Origin: Akkermansiaceae bacterium
GTDB lineage: Bacteria > Verrucomicrobiota > Verrucomicrobiia > Verrucomicrobiales > Akkermansiaceae
Length of the DNA: 64,000 nt
Reading direction: 5' to 3'
Assembly (NCBI GenBank): GCA_043729385.1
Contig: JAYTLO010000077.1
Coordinates: forward strand, 1,305-65,304
Made by a program: the position numbers and the translations under genes
Shown: positions 48,795 through 58,581 of the stretch, one piece after another
How positions within the stretch are numbered: the first letter of the stretch is position 1
How the letters are laid out: every line of letters starts with the position of its first letter
Notes under the pieces: generated by a model
Seen by the model: the letters and a program-made list of their open reading frames with translations, nothing else
Database searches by the model: none
What the model was told of the DNA's origin: nothing

Positions 48795-49640
48795 ATGCCT
48801 AGCAGACTTGTTGAAATCACCGGGCGCATCGTCCACTCGCGGTGGTTCCAGCGCCTCATCATCCTGACGATCCTGCTCGCGGGTGTGCTCGCCGGGATCG
48901 AGACGGACGCAGCCACGGTGGCCACCCACGGCCCCGTGCTGCGGATGCTGGACAGCATCGTCCTGGGCATCTTCATCATCGAGGTCTTACTGAAACTAAC
49001 AGCAAGCTGCCCTCGGCCGTGGAACTACTTCCGCGATGGCTGGAATGTCTTCGATTTCACCGTCGTGGTCCTCTGCCTGCTGCCGATGGATTCGCAGTTC
49101 GCCGTGGTGCTGCGGCTAGGCCGGACGCTCCGCCTGCTGCGCCTCGTCTCCGCCTTGCCCAAGCTCCAACTCCTCGTCGGTGCGTTGATCAAGAGCTTCA
49201 GCTCCATGGGCTATGTCGGCATTCTGCTAGGACTGATGTTTTATATCTACGCCATCACCGGAGTGCACCTCTTCGGCAGTCATGATAAGGAACACTTCGG
49301 CAGCCTCTCAGCGGCATTTCTCACGCTCTTCCAGACGATCACCCTCGACGATTGGAAATTCCTATTTGCCAGTGCCAAGGGATCATCGCCCGCTGTCGCT
49401 GCGGTTTATTTCGTTAGCTTCATCCTGTTAGGCACCATGATCATGCTTAATCTTTTCATCGGTATCATCATGAATAGCATGGCGGAAATGCACACCGAGC
49501 TGGATGATGACAACGAGGCCAAGCGCCGAATCGCCGAGAAGGGCAGCGTCCTAGCCGATCTGAGTTCCCTCGACCAACAGCTCGCCGCTTTGAAAACCAA
49601 TCTCACTGAACTACGCACCAAACTGAAGAAAGAAATCTGA
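48795..49640 (+). CDS. BacNav-like 6-TM voltage-gated cation channel
   Basis: DGWNVFDF, S4 RLGRTLRLLR, pore LFQTITLDDW, S6 LNLFIGII and a C-terminal coiled coil. Confidence 0.93.
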   Translation: MPSRLVEITGRIVHSRWFQRLIILTILLAGVLAGIETDAATVATHGPVLRMLDSIVLGIFIIEVLLKLTASCPRPWNYFRDGWNVFDFTVVVLCLLPMDSQFAVVLRLGRTLRLLRLVSALPKLQLLVGALIKSFSSMGYVGILLGLMFYIYAITGVHLFGSHDKEHFGSLSAAFLTLFQTITLDDWKFLFASAKGSSPAVAAVYFVSFILLGTMIMLNLFIGIIMNSMAEMHTELDDDNEAKRRIAEKGSVLADLSSLDQQLAALKTNLTELRTKLKKEI

Positions 49641-49645
49641 TCGAA

Positions 49646-50617
49646 ATGGAACTACTTGAGGCCATCCGCGCCAATCTACTCTCGCCCGCCGTCTTGTTCT
49701 TTGTGCTCGGCCTCGCCGCCGCCATCGTTAAAAGCGACCTGAAATTTCCCGAGCAACTCTATATAACCCTCACCATCTATCTGCTCGTTTCCATTGGCTT
49801 CAAAGGCGGCGTCGCCATCGCCGAAGCCGGACTCGCCAAGGTCTGGCTGCCCTGCCTCGCGGCGATCGTCCTCGGCGCATTGATTCCGCTATGGACCTAC
49901 CCGCTGCTCCGGGGAGTCGGGAAATTGCCCGCCGTGGACGCCGCTGCCATCGCCGCGCACTATGGCTCTGTTAGTGCCGTCACCTTCATCGCCGCGACCA
50001 ACTATCTGAAGTCGATCAACCAGCCCTACGAGAACTACGCCACCGCATTTCTAGCAGTCATGGAAGCACCCGCCATCCTCGTCGGCGTGGTGCTCGGCAA
50101 GCTCGCCACTAACAAGTCGAGCGATGGCTCACTCAAGGTCGCCATTCACGAAACCCTCTTCGGCCGCAGCATTTTCCTGCTCGTCGGGGCGCTGGTGGTG
50201 GGAACGCTCTGCGGTGAAGTCGGAATGAAAAAGGTCGAGCCCTTGTTCGTCGCGCCGTTCCAAGGAGTGCTCGCTTTCTTCCTCCTCGAAATGGGCGTCG
50301 TCGCCGGCAAGCGGATGGCGGATTTGAAAAAAGCCGGACTCTTCCTCATCGCCTTCGGCATCATCGCTCCACTTGTGAATGGCGCGCTCGGTGTCCTAGT
50401 CGGAAAACTCTCCGGCCTCGGACTGGGCGGAGCCACTCTCTTCGGCGTGCTTGCGGCCAGCGCCTCCTACATCGCCGCTCCCGCCGCCATCCGCATCTCA
50501 CTTCCCGAGGCGAATCCCACACTCTATCTGACATCGTCGCTCGCCATTACCTTCCCCTTCAACATCACCGTCGGCATTCCCATTTATCTGGCGATGGCTC
50601 ACGCACTCTACGGTTGA
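49646..50617 (+). CDS. SbtA-family sodium-dependent bicarbonate transporter
   Basis: IGFKGG, AAHYGSVSAVTF, FLLEMG, ASASYIAAPA and TFPFNI motifs. Confidence 0.93.
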   Translation: MELLEAIRANLLSPAVLFFVLGLAAAIVKSDLKFPEQLYITLTIYLLVSIGFKGGVAIAEAGLAKVWLPCLAAIVLGALIPLWTYPLLRGVGKLPAVDAAAIAAHYGSVSAVTFIAATNYLKSINQPYENYATAFLAVMEAPAILVGVVLGKLATNKSSDGSLKVAIHETLFGRSIFLLVGALVVGTLCGEVGMKKVEPLFVAPFQGVLAFFLLEMGVVAGKRMADLKKAGLFLIAFGIIAPLVNGALGVLVGKLSGLGLGGATLFGVLAASASYIAAPAAIRISLPEANPTLYLTSSLAITFPFNITVGIPIYLAMAHALYG

Positions 50618-50698
50618 TCATTTGCGTGGCGGACAGGAGTGTCCGACCTCCGATATCTCCCGAAACTTGGCGCGGTTTCGCGGCGTATGGGGCGGATC

Positions 50699-51700
50699 AT
50701 GGAATTATCATCAGCACCGGGATTTGGACGGCGGTCGTTTTTAAGCGGCGTATTTGCGGCAGCCGGCGGGGTGGCTCTCGGGCAAGAATCGAAACCGGGA
50801 CCGAAGCCGAAGGAACATGGCAATGCGCTGGTTTATCAGTTTAAAATCGGCGAACTCGACGCTTGGTCGATCAGCGACGGGCACATGCTTTTCCGCGGGC
50901 CGCTGGACTTGATGTGGCCGCAAGAGGCGCACCCGGAAATGAAGGATTGGCTGGAAAGCCACGGCGAGCGGATGGAGGGAATCCCACTCTACGTGAACAT
51001 CCTGGTGGTGCGGATCGGCGAGGAGGTGGCGATTTTCGACGCGGGTTTCGGCGAGCGGGATAGCACGAACATCGGCTGGCTGCAGGACGGTTTGCGGCAG
51101 GCGGGGATCGCGCCAGAGCAAGTAACAGCTGGGTTTTTGAGCCATTCTCACGCGGATCATCTGGCGGGATTTGTGGCGGGCGGGAAACCGGCATTTCCGA
51201 ATGCGGCATTTTATTATCTGCCGGAGGAATACGATTTCTGGCACGCGGCGGAACCGGATTTCTCGAAGACCAAACGCAACAAGGCCGAGCTACCTGGAAT
51301 GATCAAAGGGGTGCGCAAGCAATTTGAAATCCTCAAAGGCGTCTCGCAACCGGTGAAGGCGGGCACCCAGTTTTTTAACGGCGCGGTGACGATCGAGGCG
51401 GCGCTGGGGCACACGGCGGGTCACGCGATTTTCCGAATCAAGTCGGGCAATGAATCGCTGCTGCACTTTGTGGATCTGGCGCATCACCACGGGTTCATGT
51501 TTCACAATCCAGAGTGGTACATTGCCTTCGATCACGATCCGTTGTTAGGGATCGAGACCCGCAAGAAAGTCTTCGCACAAGCGGCGGCGGAACGGACTCG
51601 ATGCTATGGCTTCCACGTGCCATGGCCTGGGATCGGCCACATTTTGCCGGTGGGCAACGGCTACCTGTGGCACCCTGAGCGGTGGAGCTGGGGGAGTTAG
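50699..51700 (+). CDS. Tat-exported MBL-fold metallo-hydrolase
   Basis: GRRSFL Tat motif; SHSHADH, GHTAGH and GFHVPWPG motifs. Confidence 0.92.
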   Translation: MELSSAPGFGRRSFLSGVFAAAGGVALGQESKPGPKPKEHGNALVYQFKIGELDAWSISDGHMLFRGPLDLMWPQEAHPEMKDWLESHGERMEGIPLYVNILVVRIGEEVAIFDAGFGERDSTNIGWLQDGLRQAGIAPEQVTAGFLSHSHADHLAGFVAGGKPAFPNAAFYYLPEEYDFWHAAEPDFSKTKRNKAELPGMIKGVRKQFEILKGVSQPVKAGTQFFNGAVTIEAALGHTAGHAIFRIKSGNESLLHFVDLAHHHGFMFHNPEWYIAFDHDPLLGIETRKKVFAQAAAERTRCYGFHVPWPGIGHILPVGNGYLWHPERWSWGS

Positions 51701-51913
51701 TTGGAGTTGATGCCTGACGGCGCAGCTACGGGTCAATCGTTGCGGCTGAGAAATTCGAGGAGCGATGATGACATGGTTTTGGAATTGGCATTTGCCGCGA
51801 GCTGCCGCTATATTTTTACCCACAATGTGAAGGACTTCCTGAACTGCGAGCAGCTAGGAGTCAAAGCCATCACTCCCGGCGATTTTTTGAAACTCACCCG
51901 ACCCATACCATGA
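51701..51913 (+). pseudogene. C-terminal fragment of a PIN-family toxin
   Basis: DDDMVLELAFAASCRYIFTHNVKDF...TPGDFL is the PIN C-half. The N-terminal DTN strand is missing. Confidence 0.7.
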
Positions 51914-52149
51914 GCGCACTGACCGTTAGACTTCCTGAATCCCTGCACAAACGCATTAAGGCGCTAGCCCGCAGTGAGGGTTATTCGATCAATCAATTCC
52001 TCGCGACGGCGGCAGCGGAGAAGATGTCCGCCTTGCTGACAGTGGAGTATTTGCGCGAAGAAGCCGTTTTAGGGAACAGCACGGATTTCGAGAGTTTTCT
52101 CAATCGTGTGCCAAGCAGTGAGCCGATTGAGACGGACCGGATTGAGTGA
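51910..52149 (+). CDS. Ribbon-helix-helix (HicB-like) antitoxin
   Basis: LTVRLPESLHKRIKALARSEGYSINQFLATAAAEK; 4-bp overlap with the PIN fragment. Confidence 0.85.
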   Translation: MSALTVRLPESLHKRIKALARSEGYSINQFLATAAAEKMSALLTVEYLREEAVLGNSTDFESFLNRVPSSEPIETDRIE

Positions 52150-52150
52150 A

Positions 52151-53707
52151 TCAGTCATCCCTGCTGAGGAATTCCAACAGGACTTCGGCGGATTTTTTCG
52201 AGATTCCGGGCATGGTGGCGATCTCCTCGGCGGTGGCTTTTTTCAATCTCGCGACGCTGCCGAACTTTTCTAGCAGGAGGCGTTTTTTGTTAGCCGACAT
52301 GCCGGGGCAGTCGTCTAGCAGGCTTTCTTTCATGCGGCGGCGGTAGAGCAGGGCGTTGTAGCCGTTGGCGAAGCGGTGGGCTTCGTCGCGGATGCGCTGG
52401 AGCAGCTTGAGGGCACCGCGGTCGTGCGGGATGCGGATGGATTCGCTGCGGCCGGGAATGAAAACTTCCTCGTGCTGCTTGGCGAGGCCGACGACGGGAA
52501 GGTCGTGCAGGCCGAGGGCTTGCAGCTCTCTAACGGCCATGCCGAGTTGGCCTTTTCCACCATCGACGATGACGAGATCTGGGAGGACGATTTTCGCGCG
52601 GCCTTCGCGGGCGAGGCGGCGTTGGGATTCGATTAGATCTTCCTGGGAGAATTCGGCGTCGGGGTTGGCGGCGCCATTTTCCATGAGGATGCGCGAGTAG
52701 CGGCGGCGGATGACCTCGGCCATCGAGGCGAAGTCGTCTTGGCCCTCGACGGTCTTGATGCGGTAGCGGCGGTAGTTTTGGTTGTCCGGCTTACCGTCGG
52801 TGAAGCGGACCATCGAGGCGACGATGTGGTTGGAGGAGACGTTTGAAATATCGAAGCACTCCATCACACGGGGCGGGCCTGCTAGATGGAGTTCCTCGCC
52901 GAGTTCGGCGAGATCCTCGGTGGGTTTCACGGTGGTCTGGACGCCGCGGCCGCGAGAGAATTGGCGGGTGGGGCTGAGGGTTTTTTCGAGGTTCTGGAGG
53001 ATGTCGCGGAGGCTGGCGGCTTTCTCGAACTCGAGAGCGTCGGCGGCAGCGGACATTTCCTCGCGGAGTTTGTCGAAGACCTCGCGTTTGCCTTTGCCCT
53101 CTAACACGCGGCAGGCTTCCTCGATTTTGTCGAAGTAGGCCTCACGAGTAATGCGGACGATGCAGGGGGCGGAGCAGTTGCGGATGATGTCGGCGTTGCA
53201 GTGTTTGTAGTCCGCCTCGCCGGGGGTGGTAGGGCGGCAGACGCGCAGGCCGAAGCTGCGATTCAGCCATTCGAGGGTGCTGTGGAGGGCGCTGGAGTGG
53301 GGAAATGGGCCGAAGTAGCGGGAGCCATCGTCCTTTTTCATGCGAGTGGCTTGGAAGCGCGGCCACGGATCGGCGAGACGGATTTTCACGAGGAAGAAGC
53401 GCTTGTCATCGCGGAAGGCGATGTTGTAGCGGGGGCGGTAGTCCTTGATGAGCTTGCCTTCTAGCAGGAGCGATTCCTCCTCGTTGCGGACGGTGTGGAA
53501 CTCGAAGTCGTGGATGGAGTCGATGAGGGCGCGGGTCTTGACGTTGGAGCGCATTTTCTGCGAGGCCATGAAGTAGGATGAGACGCGGCGTTTCAGATCG
53601 CGGGCCTTGCCGACGTAAATGATCGAGCCGAGACGGTCCTTCATCAGGTAAACCCCTGGCAGGTGGGGCACCTCGCGGAGCTTGGTTTTGAAATCCAGTG
53701 AAGACAT
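52151..53707 (-). CDS. uvrC: Excinuclease ABC subunit C
   Basis: PGVY..YVGKA (GIY-YIG), ECFDISN, DGGKGQL, RIRDEAHRFA and HhH motifs. Confidence 0.97.
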   Translation of the reverse strand: MSSLDFKTKLREVPHLPGVYLMKDRLGSIIYVGKARDLKRRVSSYFMASQKMRSNVKTRALIDSIHDFEFHTVRNEEESLLLEGKLIKDYRPRYNIAFRDDKRFFLVKIRLADPWPRFQATRMKKDDGSRYFGPFPHSSALHSTLEWLNRSFGLRVCRPTTPGEADYKHCNADIIRNCSAPCIVRITREAYFDKIEEACRVLEGKGKREVFDKLREEMSAAADALEFEKAASLRDILQNLEKTLSPTRQFSRGRGVQTTVKPTEDLAELGEELHLAGPPRVMECFDISNVSSNHIVASMVRFTDGKPDNQNYRRYRIKTVEGQDDFASMAEVIRRRYSRILMENGAANPDAEFSQEDLIESQRRLAREGRAKIVLPDLVIVDGGKGQLGMAVRELQALGLHDLPVVGLAKQHEEVFIPGRSESIRIPHDRGALKLLQRIRDEAHRFANGYNALLYRRRMKESLLDDCPGMSANKKRLLLEKFGSVARLKKATAEEIATMPGISKKSAEVLLEFLSRDD

Positions 53708-53858
53708 GCAGAGGATGGAGCGCCCCTATCGAAGGGCTGGAATCGCAAAGATCAACCGAAATTCCTCGCCCCAAAATCGTGCGGCGCGGCCCGTTTTCAG
53801 TGACACCGGAAAAGCCGAGAAACTCCTTTGCTGGAGGCGGACATACTGGCTTGACACA

Positions 53859-56837
53859 ATGAACGCGCTGACGCTCCCTTCCGCGACCGAGAGTATGCTG
53901 CGAAATTCAACCCAAATTCCCCGGCGTTCCACGGCGCTTCTTGCGTGTTTGCTCATAGGTTCGATTTCGGCGACCCGCTCTGAAGCACAAGCGCCGGCAC
54001 CGGCAGCACCTGCCGCGCCGGTCGCTCCAGCCACCTTGAACCGGCTTTTCAGCGAAGTTGAGGCTGCCTTCGGTGCCACTCCTCCCGACTACGCGACGGC
54101 GGTTGCGAAGATCGAGGAGCTGCTCAAAGCACTTGGTCCTAACAAAGATGCTCCGCTGGAATTGCTCTATTTCAACATCGGCTTGGGAAATCTGCTGGGC
54201 GGAAAACCCGCCGAGGCGGAGGCCGCGTTTACCGATTGTTTGAAGCGGTTCCCGAAAGGCGAATATGCCAGCCGTTGCTACTTGGGCGTGGGTCAGGCCT
54301 GCATCCTCCAAGACACTCCAGAGAAAAAAGAGCGCGCGATCGTAGCGCTGATCGAGGCTGCCAAGGACCCGAAATACCGCTCAGAAGCGGGTCTCTCGCT
54401 GGGCAAGGTTTATTCGGAACTGGGCAAGCGCGATGAAGCTCTGGCCGTTTTCAAGAGCCTGATGGGGTCGGACATCCGCACTCCCCAGCAGACCACCGCA
54501 GCGGTGCAGGTCATCGGGCTGCTTGCCGATACCGGGAAACTGGAAGATCTCATTATCTATCTGGATCGCTTGAGCGAGCAGGCCGGCATTCGCGATGCCA
54601 TCGCCTGGTATGCCAATCAGGTGATCGTGCGCGGTGATGAACTCGTGGCAAGCGGCACGCCGCAAGGTTATGAGGCGGCGCTTGCGATTTACAGTTCGGT
54701 GCCGCCGCGCAGCCAGATTCTGGATATTCAGAAGACCTCCTTGGAATCCCAACGCCGGGATGTGAAGCTGCTCGAAAACCGGGTGGCTGCGGATAAGACC
54801 AAGCCGCTTAGCCAACACACGAATGCGTCGGAGCTGCTCAATAATATCAAGCCCGCCGTCACTCTGGCCGAGGAAGCGCTGGCAGCGATCGAAGCCAAAG
54901 CCGACCTAGATGCGGCGCTGCTGATGCGCCGTGGGCGGTGTTTCTACTACCTCGAACGTTACGAAGAAGCCCTCGTTTGTTTCCGGGTGATTCGGACGAA
55001 GTATGCGAGCTCCGGTGACGCGAAGCCGGCGGCCTATGCGGAAATCGTCATTCTCAACAAGCTCAAGAACATCCCGGAAATCAAAATTCTCTGCGATGCC
55101 TACCTGCGGAAATACCCCGATGCAGAGAACACTGAGCAGGTCGCCACGCTCGCCGGTGAAGTGCTCGTCCAAAGCGGAAACTGGACTGAAGTTCTGAACT
55201 TCTATCGGGATCTCGAAAAGAAATTCCCCAAGTCTGAAAGCCTTGACCGCTACACGTTCTATCAGGGCGTGGCATTGTTCCAAGATGGAAACTTCAAGGA
55301 ATCCACGCCGATTTTCACCCGGTTTCTCAAGGATTTCCCGAACAGCCAGTTGAACGAAAACGCCCTTTATTATGTGGCGATGTCCAACTTCCTGTCTAAC
55401 AATTACAAGGAAACCCTCAAGTCCTGCAAAGAATACCTGTCGAAATACCCGGACGGTCGTTACGCCGGGGACCTGCGCTACCGGCTTGCGTTCATTGATT
55501 TCAATGACAAGGACGTGGATCAGTCTGACAAGATTATCCGCGATCTCAACGCGTTCCTGATCCAGCATCCCGACGACGGTGCGGCCGGGTCCATGTATTG
55601 CCTCATCGGGGATACTTATAAGAAGAAAAAGTCGGACAAGCCTGACGAGATCGCCAAGTTCGAGAAGCTGGCTCTTGAAGCTTATAAAAAAGCCGTTTGG
55701 TCCGAAACTCCGGACGACGTGGTCCAATATGCGATCGACGCGGCCACCGCGATGCTGCAAAGCAACAAAGACTGGGCCGCCATCGCGGCGCTGCACGGCG
55801 AGTTTCTCCAGCGCAAGCCGGAGAGTCCCTTGGCGCTCCTTTCCGCCTCGTGGGTGGCCAAGATGAAAGCCCGCGAAGGCAAGGGCGTGGAAGCTGCGGA
55901 AATGCTCGCCGTCGCCCTCAAGCCACGGATCGGCAATCCCACGTCGGAGCAAGTTGAGTTCCTCATCGACGAATTGGTGAAAACCTTGGTCCCACGCAAG
56001 AAACCGTCCGAGATCGATGCCGATGCGGTGGATAAACAACTTGTCGAAATTCTAACCAAGGCTATCGGTGCTCAGGAAAACCCGACGACCAATGCCCGCC
56101 TTTACTACGCCCGTGCCCGGCTCGCTCAACTGCTGCGGCGTCCTGAAAAATCGGATCAGTATTTGAAGGGCGTCGCCACCATCAACGCCAAAGACCCGTC
56201 GGTGCTCAGCCCGGCGCTGCTCTCGGCCTCGGGAGATATCCTGTTGAAAATTGGCGATCTCGACGGAGCGGAAGCAATGTTTAAGCGGCTGATAGATCGT
56301 TACAAGGATGGCATGTACGCCGACGCTGGTCCCGTGGGATTGGGCTACATCGCCCTCGCTCGCAAGCAGCCGGAAGAAGCACTTAAAGTTTTCCAAAATG
56401 CCTTGGACAACAACCCAGGCACGTCGCGCTTCAAGGAAACCACGCTCGGCAAGTTAGAAGCCATGATCGCCCTTGGTCAACTTGACGAGGCCCAAAAAAT
56501 CGCGCTCGACACCGCAGGCGACAAAACGTTTCGCGGGGAATCCGCCGGCAAGGCACTCATCCTGATGGGTAACATTTATCGCAAACAAGCGGCGAAAACT
56601 GCGGGCGCGGATGCCAAGCTCGAACTGTATAAGCAGGCCTACGGCACCTACAACAAGGTTTATGGAGCTTACAAAAGCACCCCGGATGTTTGCGCCGAGG
56701 CCGGGTGGCAGGCGTATGAAACCGCCATCGAGATGGGCAACTCAACGCTTGCGGATCAGATGATCAAAGCGCTCGCCAGCGAACCGAAACTCGCCAACAC
56801 CGCGCGCGCCAAGAAGGCAGTCGAGCTGGCTAAGTAA
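53859..56837 (+). CDS. Large secreted TPR protein (CpoB/BamD-like repeats)
   Basis: Signal-like N-terminus; repeated F/Y.x.x.F/YP.S/G TPR motifs. Start 53859 or 53895. Confidence 0.85.
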   Translation: MNALTLPSATESMLRNSTQIPRRSTALLACLLIGSISATRSEAQAPAPAAPAAPVAPATLNRLFSEVEAAFGATPPDYATAVAKIEELLKALGPNKDAPLELLYFNIGLGNLLGGKPAEAEAAFTDCLKRFPKGEYASRCYLGVGQACILQDTPEKKERAIVALIEAAKDPKYRSEAGLSLGKVYSELGKRDEALAVFKSLMGSDIRTPQQTTAAVQVIGLLADTGKLEDLIIYLDRLSEQAGIRDAIAWYANQVIVRGDELVASGTPQGYEAALAIYSSVPPRSQILDIQKTSLESQRRDVKLLENRVAADKTKPLSQHTNASELLNNIKPAVTLAEEALAAIEAKADLDAALLMRRGRCFYYLERYEEALVCFRVIRTKYASSGDAKPAAYAEIVILNKLKNIPEIKILCDAYLRKYPDAENTEQVATLAGEVLVQSGNWTEVLNFYRDLEKKFPKSESLDRYTFYQGVALFQDGNFKESTPIFTRFLKDFPNSQLNENALYYVAMSNFLSNNYKETLKSCKEYLSKYPDGRYAGDLRYRLAFIDFNDKDVDQSDKIIRDLNAFLIQHPDDGAAGSMYCLIGDTYKKKKSDKPDEIAKFEKLALEAYKKAVWSETPDDVVQYAIDAATAMLQSNKDWAAIAALHGEFLQRKPESPLALLSASWVAKMKAREGKGVEAAEMLAVALKPRIGNPTSEQVEFLIDELVKTLVPRKKPSEIDADAVDKQLVEILTKAIGAQENPTTNARLYYARARLAQLLRRPEKSDQYLKGVATINAKDPSVLSPALLSASGDILLKIGDLDGAEAMFKRLIDRYKDGMYADAGPVGLGYIALARKQPEEALKVFQNALDNNPGTSRFKETTLGKLEAMIALGQLDEAQKIALDTAGDKTFRGESAGKALILMGNIYRKQAAKTAGADAKLELYKQAYGTYNKVYGAYKSTPDVCAEAGWQAYETAIEMGNSTLADQMIKALASEPKLANTARAKKAVELAK

Positions 56838-56848
56838 CAATTTAACCC

Positions 56849-57709
56849 ATGTCGTTCCCCTTTCACACACTCCGGTTAGGTCTGCTGGCTTGCACGCTAA
56901 CTCTTGCAGGCGCGGCCGAACCCGCCCGCATTGTTTTACAAAACGGACGCTCCCTGTTGGTTTCCTCAGTGGCACTGCAGGGCGAAAAGTTGGTCGTCAA
57001 CGCCCCCGGGGAAGGGTTTAACCAAGGACAGATCATCCCGTTAGAAACCGTGGATCATGTGTTTGGCGAGAGGCCCGCCGAACTCAATCCGGCGATTGCC
57101 CTGCTGCTGACGAGCAAGTCGGCCGATGCCGCGAAGCTGCTGGAGCCGATTCTAACTGCCCACCAAGTCACCGCCAAGATTCCGGGGAATTTCTGGCTGG
57201 AGGCCGCCCGTGCCGCGCTGGTCGCCTATGCCGTCGAGGGGAATACCGCCAAGGTCACCGACCTCGGTAAGGAAATTTCCGACGCCACACCTGCGCCGGG
57301 GATGGATGCATTCGTAGCTCTCGGCAAGGCCTTGCTTCTACCCAGCTCCACCAAGCCAGCCGACCGGGAGATGGCGTTCCGTGACTTAACGACTGACAAT
57401 TTACCCGCCGTCATCTGTGCTTACGCGTCTCTCTATCGGGCGAATTTACTCAAAAACGCCAAGCGCAGCGGGGATGCCGCAGCCATTCAAAAGCAGGATA
57501 TGGAAACTCTGGAGGCTTATCTAACGGTGCATTGCTTATTTCCCTCTGGCGGTATGATTCTCAACGGTGTCGCCCAGCTCGAAGCTGCTGCATTTCTAAC
57601 CGGCGAGCGCCGCGAGGAAGCTGTCGCCCTCCTTCATTCTTCCATCCGTCACTCGGGCGGCACCTTGGTGGCGGTGGAAGCCAACAAGCGCCTTGAAAGC
57701 CTGAAATAA
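56849..57709 (+). CDS. Secreted hypothetical protein (small beta domain plus TPR-like helices)
   Basis: Signal peptide; IVLQNGR; 11 nt after the upstream stop. Confidence 0.75.
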   Translation: MSFPFHTLRLGLLACTLTLAGAAEPARIVLQNGRSLLVSSVALQGEKLVVNAPGEGFNQGQIIPLETVDHVFGERPAELNPAIALLLTSKSADAAKLLEPILTAHQVTAKIPGNFWLEAARAALVAYAVEGNTAKVTDLGKEISDATPAPGMDAFVALGKALLLPSSTKPADREMAFRDLTTDNLPAVICAYASLYRANLLKNAKRSGDAAAIQKQDMETLEAYLTVHCLFPSGGMILNGVAQLEAAAFLTGERREEAVALLHSSIRHSGGTLVAVEANKRLESLK

Positions 57710-57753
57710 TCCACCCATCGTCCTTTCACTCCATCTATCTCAATCATCACGCC

Positions 57754-58539
57754 ATGAAAAAAACTATCCATCAGGCTGTCTATGCGGCTCTCGTTTTGCT
57801 CCCACTAACAGCCTTTGGTGCGGAACCCGCCAAAGGGGGAGTGGTGAAAAAGTCACTCATCGATACCTATTTTGAAGGCGGCTGGGTGATGCACCTGCTT
57901 CTGCTTTGCTCGATCGCCATGGTTTGGCTCATCATCGACATCTGGCTGCGCACGAATCGACCTAAGATGACTCCGCAGGAAGATGTGAGCGCCGCGCAAG
58001 AGCTCTTTCGCGGTGGCGACTATCTAGGAGCCTATCAAGCGATGAAAGGGAGTTTCAGCCCGTTCGCTGAAGTGGTGCGGGCCGGTCTCGGCTCCATCGG
58101 CTACGGCAAGGACGCCACCGAAGACGCGATTTACGCCACTGTCGATAAAGTGAGCTCCACTCTCCAGACGCGCATCAACTATCTCTCGGTGATCGGGGTC
58201 TGCGCGCCGATGATCGGTCTGCTAGGAACCGTCGGCGGGATGAAGGGAGCCTTCGGCAGCCTCGGCACCGACGGGCTTTCCAGCGGAGTGGGCGAACTGG
58301 CCGGACACATCGGCGAAGTGCTCGTAGCCACGGCGGCGGGTCTGCTAGTGGCGATTCCCGCGTTCATGGCGTTTTACTTCCTGCGCAATAAACTGCAAGG
58401 AGCGATCCACCATCTCCATGAGGAGTCCGAGCACCTATTCCGCAATGCACCTTACGATTATCTGAAGGACGCGGATGTTGGACAAGAAGAGACCTACGCG
58501 GCGCTTCCTAATTGGATCGAAAACCCGCAAGGGATCTGA
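57754..58539 (+). CDS. MotA/TolQ/ExbB proton channel protein
   Basis: EGGWVM, APMIGLLGTVGGM and EVLVATAAGLLVAIPA motifs. Confidence 0.95.
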   Translation: MKKTIHQAVYAALVLLPLTAFGAEPAKGGVVKKSLIDTYFEGGWVMHLLLLCSIAMVWLIIDIWLRTNRPKMTPQEDVSAAQELFRGGDYLGAYQAMKGSFSPFAEVVRAGLGSIGYGKDATEDAIYATVDKVSSTLQTRINYLSVIGVCAPMIGLLGTVGGMKGAFGSLGTDGLSSGVGELAGHIGEVLVATAAGLLVAIPAFMAFYFLRNKLQGAIHHLHEESEHLFRNAPYDYLKDADVGQEETYAALPNWIENPQGI

Positions 58540-58581
58540 GTCCGGCATTGGCGAAAAATCCCAACCTAACAATCGAACACC

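Noticed and set aside
53851-53856. Perfect TTGACA -35 box before the TPR operon
   Set aside because: No convincing -10 hexamer at 16-18 bp spacing.
54906-56039. 377-aa minus-strand ORF and other long antisense ORFs (7667..8716, 13371..14123, 6537..7289, 42144..42920)
   Set aside because: They are shadows of well-supported genes on the opposite strand in GC-rich DNA and have no recognisable motifs.
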